The notes below the pieces were generated by a model. It ran no database searches. It was not told the origin of the DNA and saw only the letters and a program-made list of their open reading frames with translations. From assembly GCA_051294375.1 (NCBI GenBank), contig CM119263.1, positions 16,470,532 through 16,534,531 on the forward strand: a stretch of 64,000 bases of DNA, given 5' to 3'. Shown one piece after another: positions 41,022 through 53,152 of this stretch. Within the stretch, counting starts at the first letter, position 1. Each line of letters starts with the position of its first letter. The translations under genes and the position numbers were made by a program. Source of the DNA: Paraspadella gotoi. Lineage: Eukaryota; Animalia; Chaetognatha.

Positions 41022-41756
41022 GCAAAGCGGCAAAAAAAATCTTTAAAAAGTTAAGAAAAAATTTTGTCACAAAAGAAACTTTTTGGCGGAACGAGGAAAG
41101 ACTTCATTAAAACGAAAAAAAAAAAAATGGCGAGGTAATTGGAACCAAAACGAATGGTGGAGGCTTTTGTGAAATTTTTTCTCGAATTCTACCGCGTGAA
41201 TGGAATAATAGGGAGGAAGGAAAGTCGCGACGAAAAGGAGCAACGTGAAAAAAACTAAATCACGAAGCGGATTCACAGATCGAGTCGATGAAAAACAGCA
41301 TTCACCAAAAGAGGAAAATAACGCGTTGGATTTTTTTTTCACGAATCAATAATTCAAGATTTCATTTCATACCGACTGCAAGTTGATAGAGATGGCCATA
41401 GAGATGACCATAGAGATGGCCAATTAGCCAATTGAGAACTGAGGATCTTGGAATTTTTCCCGAATCCGTCTTACGCCCGTGAATAGGGATTAAGAAACAG
41501 ACATATCATTAGTTGATGATCTTACGAAAAAGAGATAGTAATTATCACGTAATTATCACGAGATCGGAATACTTTTAGGAAATTAACTATACTTTTTTCT
41601 TTCGCCCCCTTTGGATAAATGAGTTATTTTCCAGTCTTATACTAATCAAATGAGAAGCCTTATTCCCTTCTGCATGAGTTGTTTCAATTAGATTTAGACA
41701 CTAGTTAATTAAGAACGTCAAAGACTCAAGATTCTAAGCCGATTTATTAATTTTTT

Positions 41757-41798
<42 letters not shown>

Positions 41799-43126
41799 TC
41801 TCTTCTCAACTCTCAACAAACACCGCCTCTATCGAGAATAGTCATTCCCGCAATAACTTTTAAAGATCAGTTTTTTAAGGAAAAGAAAAAAATAAAGAAA
41901 AACCTCCCAACGATTTTATGCAAATGAGATGTTAATGTATTCCGCTTGTTCGATGAAACGTCTCCAGCAACGAACTGCGGTGACGCCGACTTCTTTAACA
42001 TCATTACTCTTTTGTTTCAACTTCAAGGTTTTTTTTACTATTTTTACATTTTTTATTCAGTTTTTTTTTCTATATATTTTTTCATTTTTTAATTCGTGGA
42101 CATCATTTTTTAAAATTTAATTCGAAATTTTCTTTAAACTGATAAACACTATTCTTTTCTTTTTTTTCTATTAAGAGAGTCGCTCAAGAGAGAAAAGGTT
42201 GAGGCGATGGTGCTGAAGAAAAAATAAATTGGACAGGAGTGGAAGTGTCCTTGGGTATAAAAAAAATCAAGGAAAGGAAAGAGAACGGACGAAGATAATG
42301 CATAACTAGAAAAAGGCAGCTATTGTATATCAAATCAGTACGGTTCCCGAATAAAATTAATTATAGGAGTTCTGCTTCGGATCTGAGGAGGAAAGAGATA
42401 AAACGTCACATAGATTTTTTCGACAGAAAGAAAAAATTTCCCGTAACCAAAGTTGACGCTTCAATATTTTTTTATCGATTTTCTAACGGGGAAAAAGGAA
42501 ATTTTAACCGAAACACAAATCATTGATGGCAGAAGGCAGAGGTTGGCTGGTTTAACTCGTTGATGTTGTGATATGTTAAAATATTTTCACGGATGAAAAA
42601 CTTTTAAAAATAAATTTTTATTCGAATGTAAAGAGTGCGAGGAATACGATGGTTAACACAATATTGGTAAACGGGTAACAACATGGATCGAATTAATTGG
42701 CGCAGATTCACTATCGTGAAAAGTGAAAATTAACCATCTGTCCATATAATTTCAATTTCTAATATCAACTTTTTAGAATTTTGTTTTAAATTGGCTAGAA
42801 CGCGCCCTGAGCATTATTAGTTCTGTCTGAGATACCTAAATAATTCTAAACATTTTGGTTTTTTTAAAAGCCACAATAGTTTTGCGCGATTTGAAAAACA
42901 AAAGATCTTGACGAACGAAGGGAATTGATTCAAGCGGCAATTGTTCACAAACTATTGTCGTTGGTCAAGAGAGAAAGAAAGCATTGATCATTGCAGACTC
43001 GCGAGGTCAAATCTCTGGAACCTTTAAAACGGTTGTCATGGTCAACTTTCGCAGTGAACGAAATTGGAACCTTAATTAAGTCATTGGTCGACGAGGTTAA
43101 CTGGTCGTTAAAGTGGTCGTTATAGT

Positions 43127-43716
43127 TCAAAGGTCGGTGGACACCAGATTGTCTAGCAGCGAAGGGTTCGTCGCCAATATGGCCGCCACTTTGTCTTCGG
43201 GTTTCCTCCGATGCGAAGATTTCCTCTCTGCCGAGGCGGACTTTTTCCGCGGCGACGTCGAGCCTTTCCCTGTGGGGCCTCGCGACGGCGATGGCGACTC
43301 TTTACAACGCGGTTCGAACGGCGTCGTTTGTTGGCGCGGCGTCGTTTCCGAATCCGGCGTCGAAAAAGTCGATCCTTGGTGACGCGAAGAATTGTCGTTG
43401 GATTCCGTTCCGCAAGATGTTCGGTCATGGTGCGATAATGTTGTTGCAGCAGCCTCCGCTCCATCAGCCGCTGCAGTGTCTGCTCCAGCTTCCGCTCCAG
43501 TCTCCGCTCCTCTCGGAGGCGATGAAGTCTTCTCTCGATCTTCGTCGATCGTCGTCAACTGCTCCACCGATGGTTGACTTCGTCGGCGAGGAAAGAAAAG
43601 GGACGCGTCGGAGATTGACTTTCCACGGACGCCATCTTGAAGTCGGGAGTCCGACGCGCGAGTGTCTTGACGGTGTCGTTCGTAATCCTTGGAGGATACG
43701 GCATGGTCGTTGGCGG
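43127..43716 (-). CDS. KIBRA: Putative terminal KIBRA exon, ending LVSTDL*
   Basis: Acceptor ttcatcctag; open frame in the correct phase after exon 43807-43988 (donor g|gtgaga); ends in a class I PDZ-binding-type T-D-L. No homology support beyond the PDZ-type end. Confidence 0.7.
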
Positions 43717-46700
43717 CTAGGATGAAAAGAAAAGTATAATTTATGAGGTTGTTACATTTCCCGAGCCATTCGGTTATATTTTGGTATTATATGCATAATT
43801 TCTCACCGAAAAACGCGTTGGACGAAGAGTGACGTTCGTGGTTGGCGTCGACGCAATCTATTTCCGGATCAGATTGCATCCTGGAATCGATCCTCGATTC
43901 CATCTCCGGTTCCATCGTCGGTTCAATCTCTGGCGCTGGCAAAACCGGAAGTAGGGAGTGACTCGACGTTAAAAAGTCCATCTTTTTTCTAAATAACAAA
44001 AAAATTAAGTATTTTTAAAAAATTGATTAAAATTTCCTTAAAACATCCGGTTTCGGCAAATCGAACCTGAAGGCGACGGGATCATTTCCGTATTTTCCAA
44101 ATTTTTTTCGAAACTTCGTCGCTTGACGCAACATCTTTTCGACACGTTCGTCCTCTTTGGTCATTAGTTCTTCTGAACGAGTAACGGGTAAATAAAGAAG
44201 GGAGCGTTACGAGAATCAGTCCATTTTTCTTAATTCGCTTTTTTAAAAAAAAAAATCTAATTCGAAATTTTATCCGGTTATTAAAAAAGGGTCGCTCACT
44301 TTCACCGTCGATCCTCGTGATTTCTCTGTTCAAATCCGCCAAAGTCGATTGGAATCTTTCGTCGAACCAAGATGGCAGCGAAGTTTCTCCTAAGACGCAA
44401 AGAAGATTTTTTCTAACTAATGTAACTTTTGAAATTTAATCTTTCGTCTTTTTTTTTTTACCAAATGAATTGGTTCGTTTATTATTTTAGTAGTAGTTTA
44501 GCATATTGTTTAAATTGTAATATTCTTCTTTTCGTCCGTTTTTACTTTTTAAATTTAGGTTTTTATCATTCGTTCATTGGTCATCCATATCCTTCCCACC
44601 TCGGGCCTTGCAGTCCTCGACGCGCCTCTTGATCTCCTTCAAACTCTGGATCTCGTGATGGAGTCGTTGAAGGCGCTCTTGACAGGTCAACAGGTCCACC
44701 TCCAGATCGAGGGGGGTACGGGGAGTGGAAGAGGGAAAGCTTGGTTTCTGAAAGGGGAAAAATGTTAAAGAGAAAAAATAGAAAAAAAAAAAAAAGAAAA
44801 GCCTAATTAAAAGAATATTACTAGATCGCGGGAGAAAACAATCCCAAAAAAGGGACAAACAAAAACGAGCATCCCAGGGAACGAACCAAAAAAAAACAAA
44901 AAAACAACCGAATGTCTATGAATAATTGAAAGGAGGCAAAAGGAGAATAAACTATCCCGGCGACCCGACTACTCGATGAATATGAATGTCTATGAATATG
45001 AATATGAATATGAATATGAATATGAATGTCTATGAATAATTGAAAGGAGGCAAAAGGAGAATAAACTATCCCGGCGACCCGACTACTCGATGACTCACCC
45101 CTCGCCCCGACAGCGCCTCCCCGTGGCCGACGTTGTTGCGGTCGTCGCCCTCGGGGTCGACGGACATCGGGGATTCCGGTTCGCGCCCCTTGGGGCCGAA
45201 GGTCTGCGACCCCGAGGGGCTGTATCGATGGAGGAAGGGTCTTCCGCCGGCCAGAGGGGATTGCTTGGAGAGAAAGGGGGAGGGGGAATTTTGGGCAGAA
45301 TAGAGTGTAATGCAAAATTTATGAACCTAAAGGTCAGACGATTACCCTAATCACATCAAGTTTTGCAGGCCTAAAATAGAAAAGGGGCAAAAAGATCTTA
45401 TTAATAAATAATAATAATACTATAATCTACTAGTAGAGCCTCTGGAAATACCGAGATTTAAACCAGATTCTATTAAAAATAATTTTAAAAAGGAAAAAAA
45501 AGCAAATATTTTTTTTAAAAATCATTTTTAATTAATTAATACGATTTAATTTTTTTTTTTATTTAAGATTGAATTCGTTTTCTAATTTTCCCTTTTCAAT
45601 GGAGATTTTTTACGCCATCCCCACCCACCCAACCATCTTCTATCCTCCAACCCAACCTTCTGTCCCCTAATGCTCTTCCTTTCCACGGCGTTGCGATGGA
45701 ACTGGTTCCGCCTGTAAATCGCAACGGCGCCGTCTGAATCGCTTCGATTCAATTTGCATAAGTGCGAAGCGGCGGCGGCTGCTCCGTCCTCTTCGTTGGT
45801 CGTGAAGGTTTTCGACCGACGAACTTTGCTGTTTCTTTCTGCGTCTGGAAATCAGGCGAGGGTAAGGGGGTAAGTGGGAGGAGGGAAGGGATTAGGGTAA
45901 GTGGTCGCGAGACAAAGGGGAAGGAGGAAAAAAGTCAGATTGGTTGAGAAGTGGCTTTAGTAGCACTTAGGAAGAAATTGTTTATCTTGGAAAAACGAGG
46001 AGAAAATAGAACTGGAAAGTTTGTTTTTAAAACGATTGTACATTGTACATATTATGTGTAAAAAACGACAAAATAATTCTGAAACATTCACACGCATCGA
46101 TTCACTGTCCTTTGGTTTCACCTTGCAACGCGGCGACGGCGGAAACGGCGTGCTTAGACCGCGGGCCCCGTCGCCCTCTAGCGCGGACTCGGAACTGACC
46201 CTCCGTGTTGGTGCCGACGTCCACCATCTCTACTTCCGCTTTAGACACGCCCACTTCCGGTTCGCGTTTGGCCGATGAATCCTGAGTGCGAGAAAGAAAA
46301 AGAAAAAGGGAAATGAGTAGCCGAGTGGAGAAGAATGGAAACGAAATTTAAAAAAAAAAAGAACAAAATCAAAATTCTTAGTTTTACGTTTCTCATTAAA
46401 ACAAATGTCACATACCAAGAGATTAGCGTTGTCTTCGTCGTCGTCATCGTCGTTTTCTGGGTCGTCGCTTTCATCGTCGTCGGCGTAATCGTCGTCATCG
46501 TCGTCATCGTCGTCATTGAGTCGGAATCTCCTTTCGCGAGATGGCGTGACGTCACGTTCTCGTAACTTTGAAGATCCGATGGGCGCCTCTGCCGGTTGAG
46601 GACCTAGAAATCTCTGGAAAAATAAAAGAGCAACGACTGCGTTTGACGGAAAAGATCTCCGAGTCCATTGAGGAAAAAAAAATTAAAGGATGGCGGGAAT

Positions 46701-49700
46701 AAAAAGGGAGGAAAAAAAAATTAATGAAGAGAAAAATAGATAAAGCTAATTATAACTGAAAAGAGGGGAATCATTAATTAGAAAGAACGACAGAAAGAAA
46801 GAAAAAAAAAACGAAAGAGAGGGAAAAAAACAACAGTAAAAAAAAAACCCTTTAAATAGAAAAATGGGAAAGAAAAATTAACATCACATCAAAGCAAAAA
46901 AAAAAAAAAATCAACTATCAAGAAAAGGGGGAAAAAAATTGACAAGAGAGAAGGAAAAGATAAAAGAAAAAAAATTGAGGAAAAAAGTGAAAAACAAAAG
47001 GCGAATCGACAAAAGCTGTCACAGACTCGACGCCTCAATCGCCGACGAGATCTCACCCTCAACTCTGAAGATGTCATGGGAAGTTGGCTACTCTTCAGAA
47101 ACGCCGAAGTGGAAATTAAATCGTTTTCCTCTTCGTCTTCCTCCTCGTCGTCGTCGTTATCGTCGTCGTCAACGTCGTCGCTGTCGTTGCCTTCGGCCAT
47201 CATAGCGTCATTACCTTAAATATGTATGAAAGTTTATGAATTTTAGTATTTGAACAAGTTTTTCTTTTTTTCTTTTTCCTCTCATTCCTTTCCATATGTT
47301 TCTTTCCTTTCCTCTCTTTTCCTTAGCTTTCCTTTACTTTCCTTAACTTTCCTTAGATTTTCTTTACTTTGCTTTACTTTCCTTTCCTTTCCTTTTCTTT
47401 TTTCTATTTCATATCTTCTTCTCTCCTTTCCTCTTCTTTCCTATTCTCTTCTTTCCTTTCCTTTCCTTTCCTTTTATTTCCTTATCTTTATTTTTCTTTC
47501 CTTTCCTTTACGTTACTTTCCTTTCCTCTTTTTTCTTTTTCTCTCCTTTTTCTTCTAAATTATATTTCTTTTCTTTCCTCTCTTCTCCAATCTCTTCCTT
47601 TCTTTTTTTTTCTATTCATTTCTTTTCTTCTCGTGTTCCCCCCATTTCTCTCCTTTCCTTTTATTTCCTTCCCTTTTCCCTTTCCTATTCCCACCTTTTT
47701 CCTCACCCTGATTCCTCGTGAGCGTGGAGGTCTGACTCGAGTTGATCGTCGATTCGTCGGAACTCGTCTCCGCCGGAAGTTCCGAGCCTCGAGTCAACGT
47801 GGAGGACGCCGTTTCCGGTTGAGGCGGCGTCGGTGGAGATCGGGGAGGTGGAGGGGATCGAGTCGAAGGTGGAGGGGATTGAGGGGGAGCCGGGGGAGCA
47901 GGGGGAGGAGACTGCGAAAGCGGTGGAGGGGATTGAGAAGAGGGAAGAGGAGACAGAGTTCTGGGCGAAGGGTGAGAGAGTCTCCATCGAGCGGCGGTCA
48001 TGATCACGGACGACGCGGAAGACGACGACGTCGACGACGACGAGGACGACGAAGTCGCGACGGGAGACGAAACGGAAGATTCTGAAAAGGGAAAGTGAGA
48101 GAGAGAGAGAGTGTGTAGGGAGAAAAGGAGGGTGGAATGAAATAGAGAGGGAGTGAGTTAAGCGTAGAGAGAAAGGGATGGGAGAGAGAGAGAAGAGAAA
48201 AAATAAGAAGAAAGGGGAAGGAGGAAAGGAGGAAAGGAAGGGGAGGAGATTTTGAGAGACAGGCGGTGACGTCAAGGATTTAATACGAGAATAAGAAGAG
48301 AGAAAAAAAGGGAAATGATGGAGTCTTTCATTCAATATGCAAAGGGGGAAAAAAAGCCGGCCAGTCGATGCAAAAAGGGAGAACCAGTTGTCAGAACGAA
48401 TTCGTCGTCGTTGTCGTCGTCGTCGTTGTCGTCGTCCCCATCGTCGTCATCTTCGCCATCGTCGTCGTCGTCGTTTCCACTTGATATTTTGCTGGTTGTC
48501 GTCTTCAAGAAGAGAAGAATAAAATAGAGCAAGTTGGTGCCAAACTAGAAACTCTCGCGACCTCAATTTATTGCCATCTCCGTTGTCACACACGGGATGC
48601 ATTAAAGTGATAGAGAGAGAAGAAAGAAACGAGGATAAAAAAAAAGAGCATATGGAGAAAATAGGGTAGAAAATTGATTGAAAAAAACGGAACAGGAAAG
48701 AAAGGATGTGATTGCGAACGAAACGGCAATATCGTAATAAAAAATAAATAATAATGAGAATAAAAGAGTCTAAGGATTGATGGAAAAATTGTTTTAATAA
48801 AAACCAAAAAAAAAAGAAGAAAATTCGCCCCCCCCCCAAAAAAAAAGATAGGATCAGATCAGATAGAATAAGTCTCACTTGGGTGTTCGGAGTGGCTGGT
48901 CATGGGTTGTCTCAGTTTTTCTCCGTCTTCTCTCTTGAAAGAAATCAACGTCGATGCGGGCGTCGTCGTTTTATTCGTCGTCGACAACGTCGTCAATCCC
49001 GACGTTTTCATCGGCGTCGCTGACGGCGCGGTGACGGACGACGCTGACGGCGGCGTTGACAATTTCGAGAGCGTGACGCCCGGCGATGGAGTGGACATTG
49101 TCGTTTGGATGAAAGGGTAAGGATCAGGAGGAGGAGGAGGAGGAGGAAGAGGAGAGTTTGCGAAAGTCGTTAGAGGATGAAGACGAAACCAGGAGAAAAG
49201 CTCCTTCGACCTCAATCCAATTCCGAAAGGAAGATCTCGCAAACGCCCTGGAGAAATTGGGGGGGGGAAGGGGGAGCGAAAAGGTTTGGGGGGGGGGCAG
49301 TTGGGGAAGGGGGTTGGATCATATGGAGGCTAAGATAAGTCGTAGGAAAGAGAGAGAGAGTGGACAGTGAGTGAGAAATTGGTTCGGCGCGGAAGAGAGA
49401 ACAGTGACAAAGTATTCCGTGGGTTAAGCCGGGGATTTCGCATCGGTGAACTGCTTTCTCTCACTGAGAGTCGCGGAATTATTTTTGACCTTTTTTCCCC
49501 GCCGTTCCCTTTTTTTTCGCATTCTGTGCCTTAATCTCCTTTATTTTCACCCTCCACCCTTCACCCCTCACTTTCTTGAATCCTCACCCTGACTCCTAAT
49601 CACATCCCCCACCACCCCGGTCTTCTCACCAACACTCCCTCGGCCTCGTCGGATGAGTGACGCAGCGCCAAATCGAGTCTGCATCGTCGAATCTCATCGG

Positions 49701-49816
49701 CGCCTAATCGCGGCGCGTCTCGCCCGCGACCGAACTCGAAGGTTTCGGCTTCGAAAGCGGAATCGAGTCGCGCGTTCGTCACCCGAATTTCCTCTTTGTT
49801 GTTGTGTTTTGATTCT

Positions 49817-49848
<32 letters not shown>

Positions 49849-50478
49849 CTCTCCGCCCGTGACGTCGACGCCGACGACGGGGACATCTCGCGTCGCAAAC
49901 GAGCCGAGGATCGTTTCGTTCTGAAAGGGAGAAGAGAAAAAAAAAAAAGTCAACAGAAACGATGACGTCAAAACAAAAACAAAAACAAAAAAAATGGGAA
50001 AGAAGAAGGAAATTGGATGAAAGAATTTGAAGATTCGTTCTTTTCTTTCGCTCGCGCTCGATCCTTGTGATTGTTTTTGTAAACTTAGGTCGTTTCGATA
50101 AACTTTTCTCACCTTTCCTAGCGTGACAGGGAATCAGTAAAGCGTTAAGTATATTACAAATAAGATAACGCGTAGCTTCCACATCCATAAAAAAATATAC
50201 TCCCTCACTCCTATTTTTCTTTTCACCAGCTCAGCGAAAAAAAATTACCTCTTCCTCATTTTCGTTCGACGCCATGTTTATCCTGGTTACCAGGCGACCG
50301 CGGGCCGACACCCGAGGAAGACGAAGACGATGACGCGGGCGAAAGGAGTCGGAAATTCGTGGTGGGAGATGTTCCACCAGTGTCTCGAGGTGGCGACAGC
50401 GATGGAACGCCACCGTCAGAATGGCGAAATCGAATCTGGCAGAGGAGGAAATTATCCGAGTTCAGAGTGGAAACGGGG

Positions 50479-50570
<92 letters not shown>

Positions 50571-53121
50571 GAGACTGATCTGGATTTCCGCTTTCTTTTC
50601 CCATTCCTCCGCGTCTCCCAGAGATTTCCCAATATGCCAATTTTTCTCGCTCCCCTCATTGACTCGGTTGTCATGGAGACCGTCATCGTCGTCGTTGTTG
50701 TCGTCGTTACCGCGTGAGGGTCGATCCGACTGAGCGAGATAGGAAGGCTGAAGATTGGTAGAGGTGGAGGGGGGCGGGGAATGTTAAAAGGAAAAAAAAA
50801 ATGTAAAAATCGTAAACTATAGTCAACTATAGTTTCAATAGTAAAAAAAAAAGCACCATCGTCACGTCTTTATCTATCTTCGTCGTAAACAAATATTTAT
50901 CATCATTTAAGCACGTCTGAAACGCTTCCAACTCCCGTTAAACTGTCACCATGGAAACCTGAAGTGAGGTCACGAAGGCGGGGTCGTTTCCTGCGCCGAA
51001 GGGGCGATCGTGGGGAAAGAGTTGTTGCGGTTGAGGATGCGAAGGAAGAAGATGAGGAGGAGGAGGAGGAGGAAGAGCGGAATGAGTTTGATGAGAAGGA
51101 TAAGGAGGAGGGAGATCGAATGTTTCTTGTCCGATAGAGGGCGCGGTGAAAGGTAAATTCGACGCCGGTGAATAAACGGAAGAAGAGGGAGAGCGGGGAG
51201 ACAATTTTTCGTCGTGGGGACGAAGAGAGGAATTGGATTGTTCGAATTCGGAGTAAACGTGACGGAAGCGGGGATCGAACGCGGGACCTGGTCGTCAGGG
51301 AAGATAATGGTTTGTTACAAGCGAACAGGCTTTTACACTTTTATTAGGCATGTATATATCCAGATGTAATTTTAAAGGCCTATTTTCTACAAACCAGCAT
51401 CGGAAGACGCACTAGATACGGACGAGTAAACCGGAAGCGAATCAAGCGGAGCGGTTTCGAAACCCGACGCGTCGCTTGGCAACGGATGTGAAAACGCGAC
51501 GCCGGAAGAGTTAGGGATGGAATCGATCTGGGGGTACGAGTAAGGCTGAGGGTAAGGCGGTGGGAGAGACGGAGCAGTGGATGGAGACGTCTCGTGAGGA
51601 AGAAGGTAAGGACCGTAAACAATGGAATGTGAATGCGACGTTGGCACCGTCGACGCCGTCACGGATGCCATGGACATTGGCGGCGCCAAAGACGACGCCA
51701 TCGGCGGAATATTTTCCGCTTGATGGTGGAAGCGAATGTCTCTCGATTGAAGCTGAAAATCGAAATTAAATTTATGGAAATTAAAACAAAAACAAAACAC
51801 GGAAAATTGCTAGAGCAAAACCAGTCTTTTTTATGAATAAATAAATTAATAAATATTTTTTTTATCGAAACGAAAATTTTTTGAAATATCCACCGCCAAC
51901 CTGTAAATTCCTTTGGTCGACGATTTCATTTTGCTCCAGAGAGGCAGCTCCAGCCGATCCCGTCGCTTCCGCTCCTCCTCCTTTGCCCCACCTCCCTTCT
52001 CCCGTCTGCTCCTGGTAGGACGGAGGCGGACCCAATTCGTAGGGGGACAAAGGAGCCGACGACAATGAGGACAGGGAAGAGTGGGGAGAAGAGAAGGATT
52101 GGGGGCTGCCGATCATTGGCAGGTGGGACGGGGGTCCTGGAAGGGTGAGTCACGGGTGAGTTTGGGAAACTCCGCAGGGCATTCAATTAAAGGAGAAAAC
52201 GGTACGGTACGATAATCGTTTCGGGTCGAGGAACATTGGTCCCACTCTCACGGACGCGTTGCCCTTCAGGTGCCGTCATTAGTAGATCTAATTTTCCCCT
52301 ATTTTTCGCATTAATTCAATGTAGTTTTGGATAAATTTAAAAAAAATTATACTGCACTTTTCACACCAACGTGTTTTTTTTTCACGGTTATTTCAATTCA
52401 AATATCCTTCTACGCTTCGAAATAAATGTGGCGGAATATTCACACCGCCTCAAGTTCGTCTTATCCTGGGAAGTCTTTTCCGTTCACTCTCAAAGCTAAA
52501 ACTTAGCCCATTGTTCACGACTTTAGTTCCGACCGTTAACTTGGCATCTAATGCACTCATAGGCGATTAAATCCCTTTAATCCAGAAGCACTTTTCCTCT
52601 CTTATCCTGAGATTCCTTTTGATTCATGACTCGAGGGTGGGACTTAACGATGGTTATAACGTGACTCAAATTCCATTCATTTCCTAACTCGCTTTTCATC
52701 ATTTTTAATTGATTGGAAGGGAAGAGGGGTGAGAAGTGGGCAGGGAAAGGTGGCATGGAGAAGGGGGTGAGAATTCAATTCGTTACGGTCTTAAATAGCG
52801 ATTCACCCCTTTTTCAGTCATGAGATGTTCACCAAAAAATTAACCCATCCTCCCGGAACCCCTACCCCGTCTCTCTCGCGCCTTTTCTCGGCCCTCCAAC
52901 CCCGGGCGCCAATTACACCGCCCGCGGAGAGACGAATTACCGAGATTTCCGGTCTGCTCCTGAATCACGGGAATGGAGTTGGAGGCGCGGAGAGTCTTTT
53001 CGAGTCTGGGTCAAGGGGGAAATAATGGAATAAAAAGGCTAAGGTCAATTGGTGGATAATAGGAGTACAAAAGCATTAGTTATTTATTAAACATACATTT
53101 ATACATGCATACATACATACA

Positions 53122-53152
<31 letters not shown>

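Noticed and set aside
42955-43135. Recurrent GGTCA/GGTCG motifs just after the KIBRA stop
   Set aside because: Short, irregularly spaced, and not arranged as a defined nuclear-receptor element.
52210-52288. Possible extra KIBRA exon (DLLMTAPEGQRVRES...)
   Set aside because: Weak acceptor and no donor in the required phase; not needed for frame continuity.
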